A DNA stretch of 32,000 nucleotides from Geobacter sulfurreducens PCA. GTDB lineage: Bacteria; Desulfobacterota; Desulfuromonadia; Geobacterales; Geobacteraceae. Position 1 is the first letter of the stretch. Each line of letters begins with the position of its first letter. Made by a program: the position numbers and the translations under genes. Below, piece after piece: positions 8,466 to 17,307 of this stretch. The notes under the pieces were generated by a model. That model made no database searches, was not told where the DNA came from, and was given only the letters and a program-made list of their open reading frames with translations. The stretch spans positions 2,730,001 through 2,762,000 of the forward strand of contig NC_002939.5 of the NCBI RefSeq assembly GCF_000007985.2. The letters are read 5' to 3'.

Positions 8466-10954
8466 ACCGGCTCTCCCTGTTCCAGAAGATCCTGGTGGCC
8501 ATGCTGACCCTGTCGCTGGTGCCGCTGCTGGTCTCTTCGGCCATCCTCGCCCTGAACCTGGGCAGCGTGCGAGAGACCCTTGCCGACCGGATCGCCGATG
8601 CGGCCGACCGGCAGGCATCCGAAAGCCTGCGCCTTCGGGCCGAGCAGGTGGCCGAGGGCATAGCCGGCTTCCTGCAGGACTGCGAGGCCGACCTGAAGCT
8701 CTGCGTCACCCTCCCCCGCACCCCCGAAATCCTGACCGCCTTCTACGAGAGCCGCCACGGCGAGATCTGGCGGCGGGACGGCACCGCCGCGGCCCCCCGC
8801 GAGGTGCGCGAGTCGATCCCGCGCTATGCCTCCCTGGCCGTGATCGATGCCAACGGCCGGGAAACCTTCGTGATCCGCGAAGGGGCCATCGTGCCCGAAA
8901 GCGGGCTGCGCACCGTGGCCGACCCCGGCCAGACCGAGTTCCTGCGGGAGGATTACTTCCAGCGCGCCCGGCAGCTCAAACGGGGCGAAATCCTCGTGAC
9001 GCACGTCACCGGCTTCCACGTGGGGAAAGAGGAGCAGCTGGCCGGCGCCCGGGAGCCTGAGGACGCCTACAGCGGCAGGGAATTTCGGGGTGTGGTCCGC
9101 TTCGCCACCCCGCTGTTCGACAGGCGGGGCCGGTTCGACGGGGTCATGGTCCTGTCACTCGACCACCGCCACCTGATGGAATTCTCCCAGCATATCAGCC
9201 CCGGCCGGAACCGGGCCGTGGTCTTCCCCTCCTACCGCAGCGGCAACTATGCCTTCATCTTCGACGACGAAGGGTGGATCATCACCCATCCCAAGTTCTG
9301 GGACATCCGGGGGGTGGACGCCGACGGCACCCTGGTCCCCCCCTACACGAAGAACTCCCCCCCCGCCGACGTCGAGGCGGGCCGCATCCCCTTCAACCTG
9401 GACCACGCCGGCTTCATTCACCCCAACTACCCCCGGGTGGCCCAGCTGGTGCGGGAGCGCCAATCGGGCTACGTGGACATCACCAATGTTGGGGGCGCCA
9501 AGAAGATCATGGCCTTCGCGCCGATCCCCTACTCCACCGGCGACTACACGCGCCACGGCATCTTCGGCGGGGTAACCATCGGCTTCCAGGTGGACCAGTT
9601 CCATGAAACGGCCCGGGCCGGCTCCGCCGTCATCAATCTCCAGCTCCGGGAACACCTGCGGCTTTCGGCCATCATCGTGGCCGCCACGTCCCTGATGGTG
9701 GTCATTTGTGCCTGGCTCCTCTCCCGGGGCGTCACCCGGCCCCTGGCCCTGCTGACCGACGGGGTCAGGCGGCTGGCGGGGGGCGAATCCGGCGCCAAGG
9801 TGGAAGTGGCCGCGCGCGACGAGGTGGGCGAGCTGGCCGACACCTTCAACCGGATGGCCGACGAGCTGGAACTTCGCAAGAACAGACTTCTCAAGACCCT
9901 GGAGGAGCTGGAAGAATCGCGGCGGCACATCATGGATGAGCGCAACTTCAAGGAAAGCGTTCTGGAGAGCATCTCCAGCGCCATCATGACGCTGTCGCCC
10001 GAGGGGTTGCTCACCTCGATCAACGGCACCGGTACGCGCCTGCTGGGGCCGGCCGCGGTCATCGGCGCCCCTTACCAAAAGGTGTTCAGCGAATGGAGCG
10101 ACATGACCGGCCGGATCGCCGAGGCCCTGGCCGGCCGGCGCGAGTACGGCCGCGAACCGCTCGTGCTCGGGACCGATGGCAAGGAACGGCATTTCGAGGT
10201 GGGCTTCTTCCCCATCTATGCCGATCGCTCCGGCGGGCTCACCGTCACCATCCGGGACGAGACCGAGAAGGAAAGCTTTCGGGAGGAGATGACGCGGCTG
10301 GACCGGCTGGCCTCCCTGGGCAAGCTGGCCGCCGGCATCGCCCACGAGGTGCGCAACCCGCTCACGGGGGTGTCGCTGCTTCTGGACGACCTCCACGATC
10401 GGGCCGGACTCGACGCCGAAAGCCAGGCAATGATGGGCAAGGCGCTCCAGGAGATCGAGCGGGTGGAGCGGCTCGTGGCCGGGCTGCTCAACTTCTCCTC
10501 CCCGCCCAAGGCATTCCTGCGGGAGGCCGACCTGAACCGGGTCATCCAGGATACGCTCCTGCTCCTGCGTCGGGAGTGCGAGAGCCGGAACGTGGCGCTC
10601 GGCTTCGAGCCCGGCGACGTGCCGGTGTTCCGCATCGACGTGGAAAAGGTGCGGCAGGCCCTCCTGAACCTGGTGAAAAACGCCCTGGAGGCCATGCCCG
10701 ACGGCGGATCGGTCCGGGTGACCACCGGCGTGGATGGTGACACTGCCGTGGTAACGGTGGCCGACACCGGCCCCGGCATCGCCGATAACGACCTGCCGCT
10801 CATCTTCGAGCCCTTCTTCACCCGCAAGGGGGCGGGCACCGGGTTGGGGCTCTCCATCACCCAGCGCATCGTCGAGGAGCACCACGGCAGGATCAGCGTG
10901 GAAAGCAGCGCCGGGGCAGGAACGACCTTCACCATCACTCTTCCCATGGGCTAG
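8462..10954 (+). CDS. sensor histidine kinase (TM - Cache-like periplasmic domain - TM - HAMP - PAS - HisKA - HATPase_c)
   Basis: 830 aa. ATG 8462 overlaps the MFS stop (ATGA 8462-8465); the track ORF 7874.. is an out-of-context extension. It has two TM segments flanking ~330 aa, HAMP (DEVGELADTFNRMADEL), H-box AAGIAHEVRNPLTG, N-box LVKNALEAM, G1 DTGPGI and G2 GTGLGLSI. Confidence 0.85.
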   Translation: MNRLSLFQKILVAMLTLSLVPLLVSSAILALNLGSVRETLADRIADAADRQASESLRLRAEQVAEGIAGFLQDCEADLKLCVTLPRTPEILTAFYESRHGEIWRRDGTAAAPREVRESIPRYASLAVIDANGRETFVIREGAIVPESGLRTVADPGQTEFLREDYFQRARQLKRGEILVTHVTGFHVGKEEQLAGAREPEDAYSGREFRGVVRFATPLFDRRGRFDGVMVLSLDHRHLMEFSQHISPGRNRAVVFPSYRSGNYAFIFDDEGWIITHPKFWDIRGVDADGTLVPPYTKNSPPADVEAGRIPFNLDHAGFIHPNYPRVAQLVRERQSGYVDITNVGGAKKIMAFAPIPYSTGDYTRHGIFGGVTIGFQVDQFHETARAGSAVINLQLREHLRLSAIIVAATSLMVVICAWLLSRGVTRPLALLTDGVRRLAGGESGAKVEVAARDEVGELADTFNRMADELELRKNRLLKTLEELEESRRHIMDERNFKESVLESISSAIMTLSPEGLLTSINGTGTRLLGPAAVIGAPYQKVFSEWSDMTGRIAEALAGRREYGREPLVLGTDGKERHFEVGFFPIYADRSGGLTVTIRDETEKESFREEMTRLDRLASLGKLAAGIAHEVRNPLTGVSLLLDDLHDRAGLDAESQAMMGKALQEIERVERLVAGLLNFSSPPKAFLREADLNRVIQDTLLLLRRECESRNVALGFEPGDVPVFRIDVEKVRQALLNLVKNALEAMPDGGSVRVTTGVDGDTAVVTVADTGPGIADNDLPLIFEPFFTRKGAGTGLGLSITQRIVEEHHGRISVESSAGAGTTFTITLPMG

Positions 10955-11067
10955 CCATAATCTCCAGCCCCCCGGTCATTAGCCTGGTTCTTTACCCTCT
11001 TTTTTTACGCAGCCCTCAGCGAACCTCGGACGTAACATTAACACAACCCAAGAATATCCCTAATGAA

Positions 11068-11083
11068 GTGTCACATGTTACAC
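11068..11083. repeat. 16-bp near-palindrome GTGT-CA-CATG-TT-ACAC (template GTGT-N2-CATG-N2-ACAC)
   Basis: 14 of 16 positions are self-complementary. The same template recurs at 31978-31993, and a half-site ATGTTACAC at 31798-31806. Confidence 0.4.
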
Positions 11084-11210
11084 AAGTGTACGTTACAAAA
11101 CCGTATCCGGTGATACAGACATGTATCTGCTCTGCAACCCTACTGGGCACCCCACCGGTCCGCCCGGCCTTCCCGGGAACGCAGCCAACTACCTGATATT
11201 GCTCGCTGCA

Positions 11211-11243
11211 CAAAAAAAATGCCCGGAGAATAAATCTCCGGGC
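11211..11243 (-). terminator. rho-independent terminator closing the minus-strand cluster
   Basis: On the minus strand GCCCGGAGA-TTTAT-TCTCCGGGC (9-bp stem) is followed by A-T8, about 60 nt downstream of the NHL gene stop at 11302. Confidence 0.8.
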
Positions 11244-11301
11244 CAATTGAAAGGAGCCTTCCCGCCTTGTCGTGTGGAGGGCTTTGTTACTTCATTAGCA
11301 A

Positions 11302-12207
11302 CTACCTTACCACTCTGAACACCTGGATGCGGTTATTGTTCCGATCGGCGATAACCACGTCGATGTCGTTCTCCTCGCTGATGCAGAGCTGCGACGGATA
11401 GTGGAGGAACGAGTTCTTCCAGCCGATGTTGAGCTGACGGCCCTGGAAGGAGCCGTCCTGGCCGAGGGTGACGACGGCATTGCCGGTCTGGTCGAGGATG
11501 AAGATCTTCCCCTGCTTGTCGGTGGCAATGCTGGTGGGGAACTGGAGATACTCCTTCATCCCGTCGGTCAGGGGCTTGAAGGCGGTTTCGCCGCGGGCGG
11601 CCGCATAGACCCTGGACGCCACGCTGTCAAGGAGAAGCGTGGTCCCGCTGGCGCTGACCGCCAGGTCGGAGATGAAGCGGTACCCCTCGGGGAACGGCAT
11701 CTGCGACTGGAAGGTGCCGGCCGCATCGGTGACGATGACCCGCGCCCCGAAGATATCCAGGATATGGATATTGTCCTTGTCGTCCACGCGGATGCCGCGG
11801 GGGGCGATGGTGGCAGGCGCCGGAACCCCCTTCAGATCCAGGTAGCCGGCAAAGCTCCCCTCGGGCGAGAAGTGGGCGATGCGGCGGAGTTTCCCGTCGA
11901 TGACCAGGATCTCCCCCTTGGAGGTCAGCTGCACCTTGGTGGGGTACGGCACCTGCTCCGCCTTGATCTCGGTGCCGCCGCGCACCGAGCCGTTCTCGAT
12001 GCTGTAGCTCAGCAGCCGTCCGCCGCCGGTGTCGGAAACCACCAGCTGCCTCTTGCCGCAGGCTATCCCCTCGGGGGCCTTCATGGTCCCCCCCTTCTCA
12101 TCGTTGAACTCGGTAGTCAAGTGCTTGAGCTTGATGGCGTCGGCGCCCAGGGCCGGCGATGCGAGCGCTCCTGCAAGGGCAAGCATGGTTATGATCGTTT
12201 TTGCCAT
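11302..12207 (-). CDS. periplasmic/secreted NHL-repeat beta-propeller protein
   Basis: 301 aa with signal peptide MAKTIITMLALAGALASPALGA. It has repeated blades of the type PTSIATDKQGKIFILDQTGNAVVTL and PSQLCISEENDIDVVIADRNNNRIQVF. The SD AGAGGTGA is embedded in the end of the upstream gene. Confidence 0.8.
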   Translation of the reverse strand: MAKTIITMLALAGALASPALGADAIKLKHLTTEFNDEKGGTMKAPEGIACGKRQLVVSDTGGGRLLSYSIENGSVRGGTEIKAEQVPYPTKVQLTSKGEILVIDGKLRRIAHFSPEGSFAGYLDLKGVPAPATIAPRGIRVDDKDNIHILDIFGARVIVTDAAGTFQSQMPFPEGYRFISDLAVSASGTTLLLDSVASRVYAAARGETAFKPLTDGMKEYLQFPTSIATDKQGKIFILDQTGNAVVTLGQDGSFQGRQLNIGWKNSFLHYPSQLCISEENDIDVVIADRNNNRIQVFRVVR

Positions 12208-12211
12208 GGAA

Positions 12212-13493
12212 TCACCTCTTGTACTGTTCGTGGCACTGGACGCAGAGGTCGCTGGTCTTGGGATAGTAGAGCATCTTCTTGAACTCGGTCCCGTGGGCGT
12301 CGTGGCAGCTCACGCACAGGATCGGGATGTTCTTGTTGCGCGGATCCCGGAACTTCTCGCCGATGGGGTGGGTCGAGTGGTGCGCCCAGTCGTGGCAGTC
12401 GGCGCAGAGCTCGATATCCAGCGACTTCTTGGTCAGGAAGAGGTAGTTGGATGAGTGGGGATCGTGGCACGCCGTGCACTGGCCGTTCTTGACCGGCTCG
12501 TGGGTTGACGCGACCTTTTCCTGACGCTTCATGTTGTCCACGTGGCAGCTGTTGCAGAGCACCGCCATGGGCTGGCGCAGGATGCCCTTCTGCTTGCCCG
12601 CGTGGGGGTTGTGGCAGCTGAGGCAGGCCCTGCTTGCTCAGCAGCGGGCCGTGGACCCGGTTCAGGCCGAACGTCGTGTTGACCATGTCGTTATGGCAGC
12701 CGCGGCACAGATCGGTGCCGGTCTTCTTGGTGGCCAGCGGGTTCGGCGAGGTGGCCTCCTCGTGGCACTGGTTGCACATCCGGGTTGCCACCGGCTTGTG
12801 GACCGTGTTGTAGAGGATGCCCGGGTTGTCGGAGCCGTGGGGATCATGGCAGCCGGTGCAGCGGGCATTGGCCACCGGATAGTTCATGTGCTTCTTGGCG
12901 AACATGGGCCGGTCGGTCTTGTGGCAGCCCACGCAGAGCGGGATGATATCGCTCTTCAGCAGGTACGGGTTCTTGGCCGAGGCGTGGGGATCGTGGCAGT
13001 TGAGGCATCCCTGGGCCACGGGCATGTGGCGGTACTTGACCTTGGACAGGGTGGCCCCCATCTCCTTGTGGCACTCGAAGCAGAGCTCGTTCCCGCCCTT
13101 GAGCAGGTTCTCCTTGTTGGGGGCCGAGTGGGGATCGTGGCACTTCATGCAGCTCCCCTCGCCCACCACCTTGTGGACGCTCTTGGCGCCGGAGGGCACC
13201 ACCGTGGTGTGGCAGCGGTAGCAGACCCCGCCGTTATCGGCGGAGAGCAGCTTGCCGTGGGTCGAGGTATGGGGGTTGTGGCAGCCGGTACACTCCCCCT
13301 TCTTCAGGGGGGTGTGCACGAAGGGCTTGGACATCTTCTCCTTGAACGCCGCGTGGCAGTTGAAACAGAGCTTGCCGGTGGCGTCGGGCTTGAGCTTGAA
13401 CTTGAGTGCGTTGTCCTGGGCGAGCGCAAAGGATGCGCCCAGAATGACAAGCACCGCGCAGAACGTGTAAAGATATGTGCGATATGCGTGCAT
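12212..13493 (-). pseudogene. multihaem cytochrome c (16 CXXCH if the frame is restored), split by a 1-nt frameshift at about 12626
   Basis: ATG 13493 (GGAG SD) opens a signal peptide plus 10 CXXCH and reads sensibly up to ...RVHGPLLSKQG. After the extra base at 12626 the +1 frame continues CLSCHNPHAGKQKGILRQPMAVLCNSCH... with 6 more CXXCH to the stop at 12212. The original frame continues as Pro/Arg-rich nonsense to 12189. Confidence 0.7.
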
Positions 13494-13504
13494 GGGAGCT
13501 CCTT

Positions 13505-15487
13505 TTACTGTTTTCCTGTCACGTGGCAATCAGAGCACGAACGCGAAGCGAAGGGTGCGTGCACCATCTTCTTGAAGAACTTCGGGTCCTTGGAACTGTG
13601 CGGATCGTGGCAGTTCATGCAGTTCATCACCGTGGCGGAGATCCCCAGGTGAGCGTCCGCAAACGGCTTACGGTCGTAGGAGTGGCACTGGCCGCACAGG
13701 GCCACGAGCTGTTCGGTAAGCAGCGACGGCTGGCCCGAATTGTGGGGCTTGTGGCAGGTCTGGCAGTCCTGCTCCGCAGGCGTGTGGATCTTCTCGCTGG
13801 CGAACCGCTCCTTGGTCCCCTTGTGGCAGGACACGCAGAGGTCGGTCCCCTGGGCCAGCAGCAGCTTGTTGAGCTTCGCCTTGTGGGGGCTGTGGCACTT
13901 GGTGCAGTCCCCTCCCCGGAACGGGGCATGGGAGCTCTTGGAGGCCTTGTCGCCCTGCTCCAGCGACTTGTGGCAGCCGAAGCACAGCTTCGCCTCGTTG
14001 TCCACGATCATCCCCCGCACGTTGCTGCCGTGGGAATCGTGGCAGGTGAGGCACTGGCCCCCGTTGAACGGCATGTGACTGGAGCCGCCCGACTCGGCCT
14101 TCATCAGGTCCGCGTGGCAGGGTGCGCAGAGCTGCGGCACGGTATTCTTGAGCAGGTTCTTTTCGGCCGAGCCGTGGGCGCCGTGGCACGACACGCAGTC
14201 GGCGTTCATGACCGGCTTGTGGGTGAAGGTCTTCTTGAATTTGGTCTCGGCATCGGTGTGGCAGCCGTAGCAGACCGTATCGGCCCGCTCCTTGAGCATG
14301 GCGGCGAAGTTGGTGCCGTGGGGATCATGGCAGGAGCTGCAGTCGCCGCCGTTGAAGGGCACGTGCTGAACCTTGTTCTTGAGCCCTTCCTTGGTCTTGG
14401 CATGGCACGAGTAGCAGAGATCCGAGCCGGCCAGGGTGAGCAGTCCCTTGTTGGGGGCGGCATGGGGCCGGTGGCAGGAGAGGCATCCCTTCTTGTCGCC
14501 GGTGATGACCTTGTGGGGCACGGCAACGCGCAGGTTCTTGTCCTGGTGGCACCCGAAGCAGAGGTTGTTGCCGTCGGCCGTGAGCAGCTTCGCGAACTCG
14601 GAGGTGTGGGCCCGGTGACAGGAGAGGCAGTCGCCGCTCTTGAACGGCGCGTGCTCGGCCACGCCGCCGGTCCCCTTGAGCATGGCCGCATCGTGGCACT
14701 GGTAGCAGAGTTCGCTCCCCTTCTGGGTCACTCCGAAGGGCTCGGGCCCGCCGGCCGGATTGTGGCAGCCGTCACAGCCGCCCGTGGCAACGGGGTTATG
14801 GGCGCTGGAGCGGAGGAGCTTCTTGCCGGTGGCCGAGTGGGGGTTGTGGCAGATAGTGCAGCGCTTGCTTTCCACCGGATAGCCGCCGTGGGCCTTCTTG
14901 AAGCTGCCGGCGCCGCTGTCGTGGCAGCCGAGACAGATCTTCGGCTCCTTTTCCCTGAGGAGGTTGTCCTCGGTGGAGCTATGGGCCGCGTGGCAGGAGC
15001 CGCAGCCTTTTTTCGTGATGGCGCCGTGGATGGTCCCCTTCTCGTAGTCCTCCTTCTTGTGGCAGCCGTAGCAGGACTCCGGCCCGTCACCCTTCAACAG
15101 GTGCGGGGTGGTGGAGGCGTGGGGGTTGTGGCAGAGGGTACATTTCCCCTGGCGCAGGGGTGTGTGCACCTTGGGCTTGTCCAGGCCGATCTTGTCCCGG
15201 CCGTGACAGTCGAAGCAGAGCTGGTTGCCGTCCTTCTTGAGCAGCAGCTTCGGCACGATGCCGTGGCGCAGGTGACAGTCCTCGCACTTCTGCTCCTTGA
15301 CGATGGTGTGGATGTACTTCATGGAGAGGTACTTGTCATTGAACTTGCCATGACAGTCGACGCATTCCTTGCGGGCGAACTTCTTCGCCGCCAGCGCCGG
15401 GCTCTCCGACAGGTGAAGAATGAGCCCCCCCACCAGGAGGGTCATCACCAGGAATAAGAGTTGTCGTTGTGCATGCACGGTGCGCAT
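13505..15487 (-). CDS. multihaem cytochrome c with 26 CXXCH motifs
   Basis: 660 aa from ATG 15487 with GGAGGAG SD and an N-terminal hydrophobic signal/anchor. I counted 26 CXXCH, arranged as a repeating two-haem unit (LCxxCH ... VHxP..G.CxxCH(N/D)PH ... LL). Confidence 0.9.
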   Translation of the reverse strand: MRTVHAQRQLLFLVMTLLVGGLILHLSESPALAAKKFARKECVDCHGKFNDKYLSMKYIHTIVKEQKCEDCHLRHGIVPKLLLKKDGNQLCFDCHGRDKIGLDKPKVHTPLRQGKCTLCHNPHASTTPHLLKGDGPESCYGCHKKEDYEKGTIHGAITKKGCGSCHAAHSSTEDNLLREKEPKICLGCHDSGAGSFKKAHGGYPVESKRCTICHNPHSATGKKLLRSSAHNPVATGGCDGCHNPAGGPEPFGVTQKGSELCYQCHDAAMLKGTGGVAEHAPFKSGDCLSCHRAHTSEFAKLLTADGNNLCFGCHQDKNLRVAVPHKVITGDKKGCLSCHRPHAAPNKGLLTLAGSDLCYSCHAKTKEGLKNKVQHVPFNGGDCSSCHDPHGTNFAAMLKERADTVCYGCHTDAETKFKKTFTHKPVMNADCVSCHGAHGSAEKNLLKNTVPQLCAPCHADLMKAESGGSSHMPFNGGQCLTCHDSHGSNVRGMIVDNEAKLCFGCHKSLEQGDKASKSSHAPFRGGDCTKCHSPHKAKLNKLLLAQGTDLCVSCHKGTKERFASEKIHTPAEQDCQTCHKPHNSGQPSLLTEQLVALCGQCHSYDRKPFADAHLGISATVMNCMNCHDPHSSKDPKFFKKMVHAPFASRSCSDCHVTGKQ

Positions 15488-15502
15488 AGCTCCTCCAGTC
15501 CG

Positions 15503-17218
15503 TTAAAACTCGGCGAAAATCTTGACGTCGGACGCCTTCCTCAGCTTGTCCGCCCACTCCACGACCAGCTTGTTGAGCTGTTCCGACTGGACGTTCTTCC
15601 TGATTGTGGCCTCGACCTCGGGGAAGGACTGTACCTGTTCGGGGATCACGTTGCGGACCAGGATGACATAGGTGAAGCCGTTGGGGTCCGAATAGACCCG
15701 GTATTCACCGGTCTGGGCCCCGGTGATGACCTTGTTCAGCCCCTCGGGAAGGGTCTTGAGGGTGACCGGCACGTCCTCGAACTGGAGGACCCCGGCGGCC
15801 TTGGCATCCACGTGGCCCTCGGCGTTCTCCTTGAACCATTTGAAATCCATCCCCTGGCGCAGCTTTTCCGCGGCGGACTGGGCCGCGTTCTGGTCATTGA
15901 AGGCAATGCCGTCCAGCACCACCATGATCGGGTAGGAGTACTCGGACTTGTGCGCCTCGTAGTAGGCCTTCAGCTCATCCTCGGTCACCTTCACGTCCGG
16001 GCGGATGACCTTTTCCACGAAATGCCCGAAGATCACGGATTCCTGGTAGTCGGTGACCTTGTCCAGGTATTCCTTTTTCTTGTCGAAGCCCTTGTCGCGG
16101 CCCTCTTTCTCAATGGCCCGGGTGGCCAGGATCTCGAACAGCAGGGAGTCCTTGGCCTTGTTGACCTTCTTCTGGTCAATGGCCATGTCCACCCCGTGGT
16201 AGAACTTCATCCGGATCGCTTCGGCCAGGTCGGCCACGGTCACCGGCTTCTCCCCCTTGATGGTGGCCAGGGGACGCTTGTCCTCCAGGAACTTGAGGAA
16301 CCCTGCCTTGTCCTTCTCGAAATCCAGCGACTTGATCAGTTTCTTGTCCTGCTTGAAATACTTCTCGATCAGCTCGGTCCGGAATTTTTCAAGGGCCTTG
16401 AAGCGGGCCGCGGTGAGCGTTTCCTTCTCCGCCCTGTCCTTCAGTTTCGGATCGTCGGAATGCTTCACGGCATCGAGCCGGAACAGCATGGCCCCCTTCT
16501 GCATGTCGATCACCGGGCCCACGGCGCCGGGCTTCAGCGAATCGATGATCTTCACGATATCGGGGTGGATGTGCTCGTATTTCAGCTTCTCATTCTGCTT
16601 GGCCTCGGCGCGCTTCTCCTTGACCTCCTCGGCCACCAGCGCGTCAAAGGACGTGCCTTTGTCCAGGGCCTTGCGGGCCTTCTTGGCATCTTCCTCGTTC
16701 TTGAACGTGAGGGTGGAGAAGGTCCACTCCACGTTGAGCTGGCCGTAGCGCTTCTCCACCTCCTTGGGGTCGGGCCGGATGTCCTTCACATGATCCTTGA
16801 GCACCAGCTCGCGCAGGAGCTTGCGGGAGAAGGTATCGATCATCTCCTTGGGCTGCTCCTGCTGGTCCAGGCCGATGTTGCGCCCTTCCTGGATGATGAG
16901 CTTGGAGGTGATGATCCGGTTGAGGATATCCGTAAAGTTCCGGCGGGGGGCCTGCTTTCCTTCCGTCATCCCCTCGTGTACCGTTTCAAGGGAGGCGTTC
17001 AGGTCGTTGACGGTGATCGGCTCGTCGTTGACCGTTGCCACGGGGAATTCGGCAAACAGCGGCGAAAACAGGGGCACCTTCACCCTGATCGTCATCACGT
17101 CGGCCGGAGCCGGCGAGGCTTCCACGTTTTCCGGCTTTGCCGGCGAATCGGCAAAGCCCGCCACCGGGGCACCCGCGGCAATGCATGCTACCATCAGCGT
17201 AACCAAAGACTTCTTCAT
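15503..17218 (-). CDS. periplasmic SurA-like chaperone / PpiC (parvulin)-type peptidyl-prolyl isomerase domain protein
   Basis: 571 aa from ATG 17218 (AAGGGGAG SD) with signal peptide MKKSLVTLMVACIAAGAPVAGFA. It has a long Lys/Glu-rich helical chaperone-like region and a C-terminal parvulin-like segment (VVLDGIAF...GMDFKWF...GFTYVILV), in which the usual His residues seem absent by eye. Confidence 0.7.
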   Translation of the reverse strand: MKKSLVTLMVACIAAGAPVAGFADSPAKPENVEASPAPADVMTIRVKVPLFSPLFAEFPVATVNDEPITVNDLNASLETVHEGMTEGKQAPRRNFTDILNRIITSKLIIQEGRNIGLDQQEQPKEMIDTFSRKLLRELVLKDHVKDIRPDPKEVEKRYGQLNVEWTFSTLTFKNEEDAKKARKALDKGTSFDALVAEEVKEKRAEAKQNEKLKYEHIHPDIVKIIDSLKPGAVGPVIDMQKGAMLFRLDAVKHSDDPKLKDRAEKETLTAARFKALEKFRTELIEKYFKQDKKLIKSLDFEKDKAGFLKFLEDKRPLATIKGEKPVTVADLAEAIRMKFYHGVDMAIDQKKVNKAKDSLLFEILATRAIEKEGRDKGFDKKKEYLDKVTDYQESVIFGHFVEKVIRPDVKVTEDELKAYYEAHKSEYSYPIMVVLDGIAFNDQNAAQSAAEKLRQGMDFKWFKENAEGHVDAKAAGVLQFEDVPVTLKTLPEGLNKVITGAQTGEYRVYSDPNGFTYVILVRNVIPEQVQSFPEVEATIRKNVQSEQLNKLVVEWADKLRKASDVKIFAEF

Positions 17219-17249
17219 CAGACTCCCCTTTCTCTGCATTCAGGTTGCG

Positions 17250-17278
17250 GCCGCACCGGGCACTCCGCTCCGGGCGGC
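17250..17278 (-). other. intercistronic GC-rich hairpin without a U-tract
   Basis: GCCGCCCGG pairs with CCGG(T)GCGGC as a 9-bp stem with one bulge, in the only sizeable gap (89 nt) inside the 11-gene block. It may be an RNA processing or stability element. Confidence 0.25.
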
Positions 17279-17307
17279 CATCAGGACGTTTGACACAACG
17301 AATTCCG

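Noticed and set aside
10955-11010. Possible terminator after the histidine kinase (T7 run at about 11001-11007)
   Set aside because: I could not find a convincing GC stem immediately upstream of the T-run; only CCAG/CTGG can pair. I therefore did not call it.
12189-12626. Continuation of the 446-aa track ORF beyond the frameshift
   Set aside because: After SKQG the frame yields Pro/Arg/Gln-rich sequence without CXXCH. The +1 frame carries six perfect haem motifs and the natural C-terminus.
12600-12650. Programmed +1 ribosomal frameshift in the 16-haem cytochrome gene
   Set aside because: There is no recognisable slippery or hungry-codon context (CAG GGC C UGC), no in-frame stop at the site and no upstream SD-like stimulator as in prfB. 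An indel or sequencing error is more parsimonious. I kept it as a finding only to prompt verification.
13475-15457. 660-aa plus-strand ORF exactly mirroring the 26-haem cytochrome gene. Similar long antisense ORFs occur at 534-1964, 15461-17293, 19419-21086, 21135-22823, 22961-24217, 24997-27225, 28642-30084 and 29904-31307.
   Set aside because: These are shadow ORFs typical of high-GC DNA. Their translations are low-complexity Gly/Ala/Val/Arg/Pro-rich with no motifs. The opposite strand encodes proteins with clear signatures (CXXCH arrays, signal peptides, SDs).
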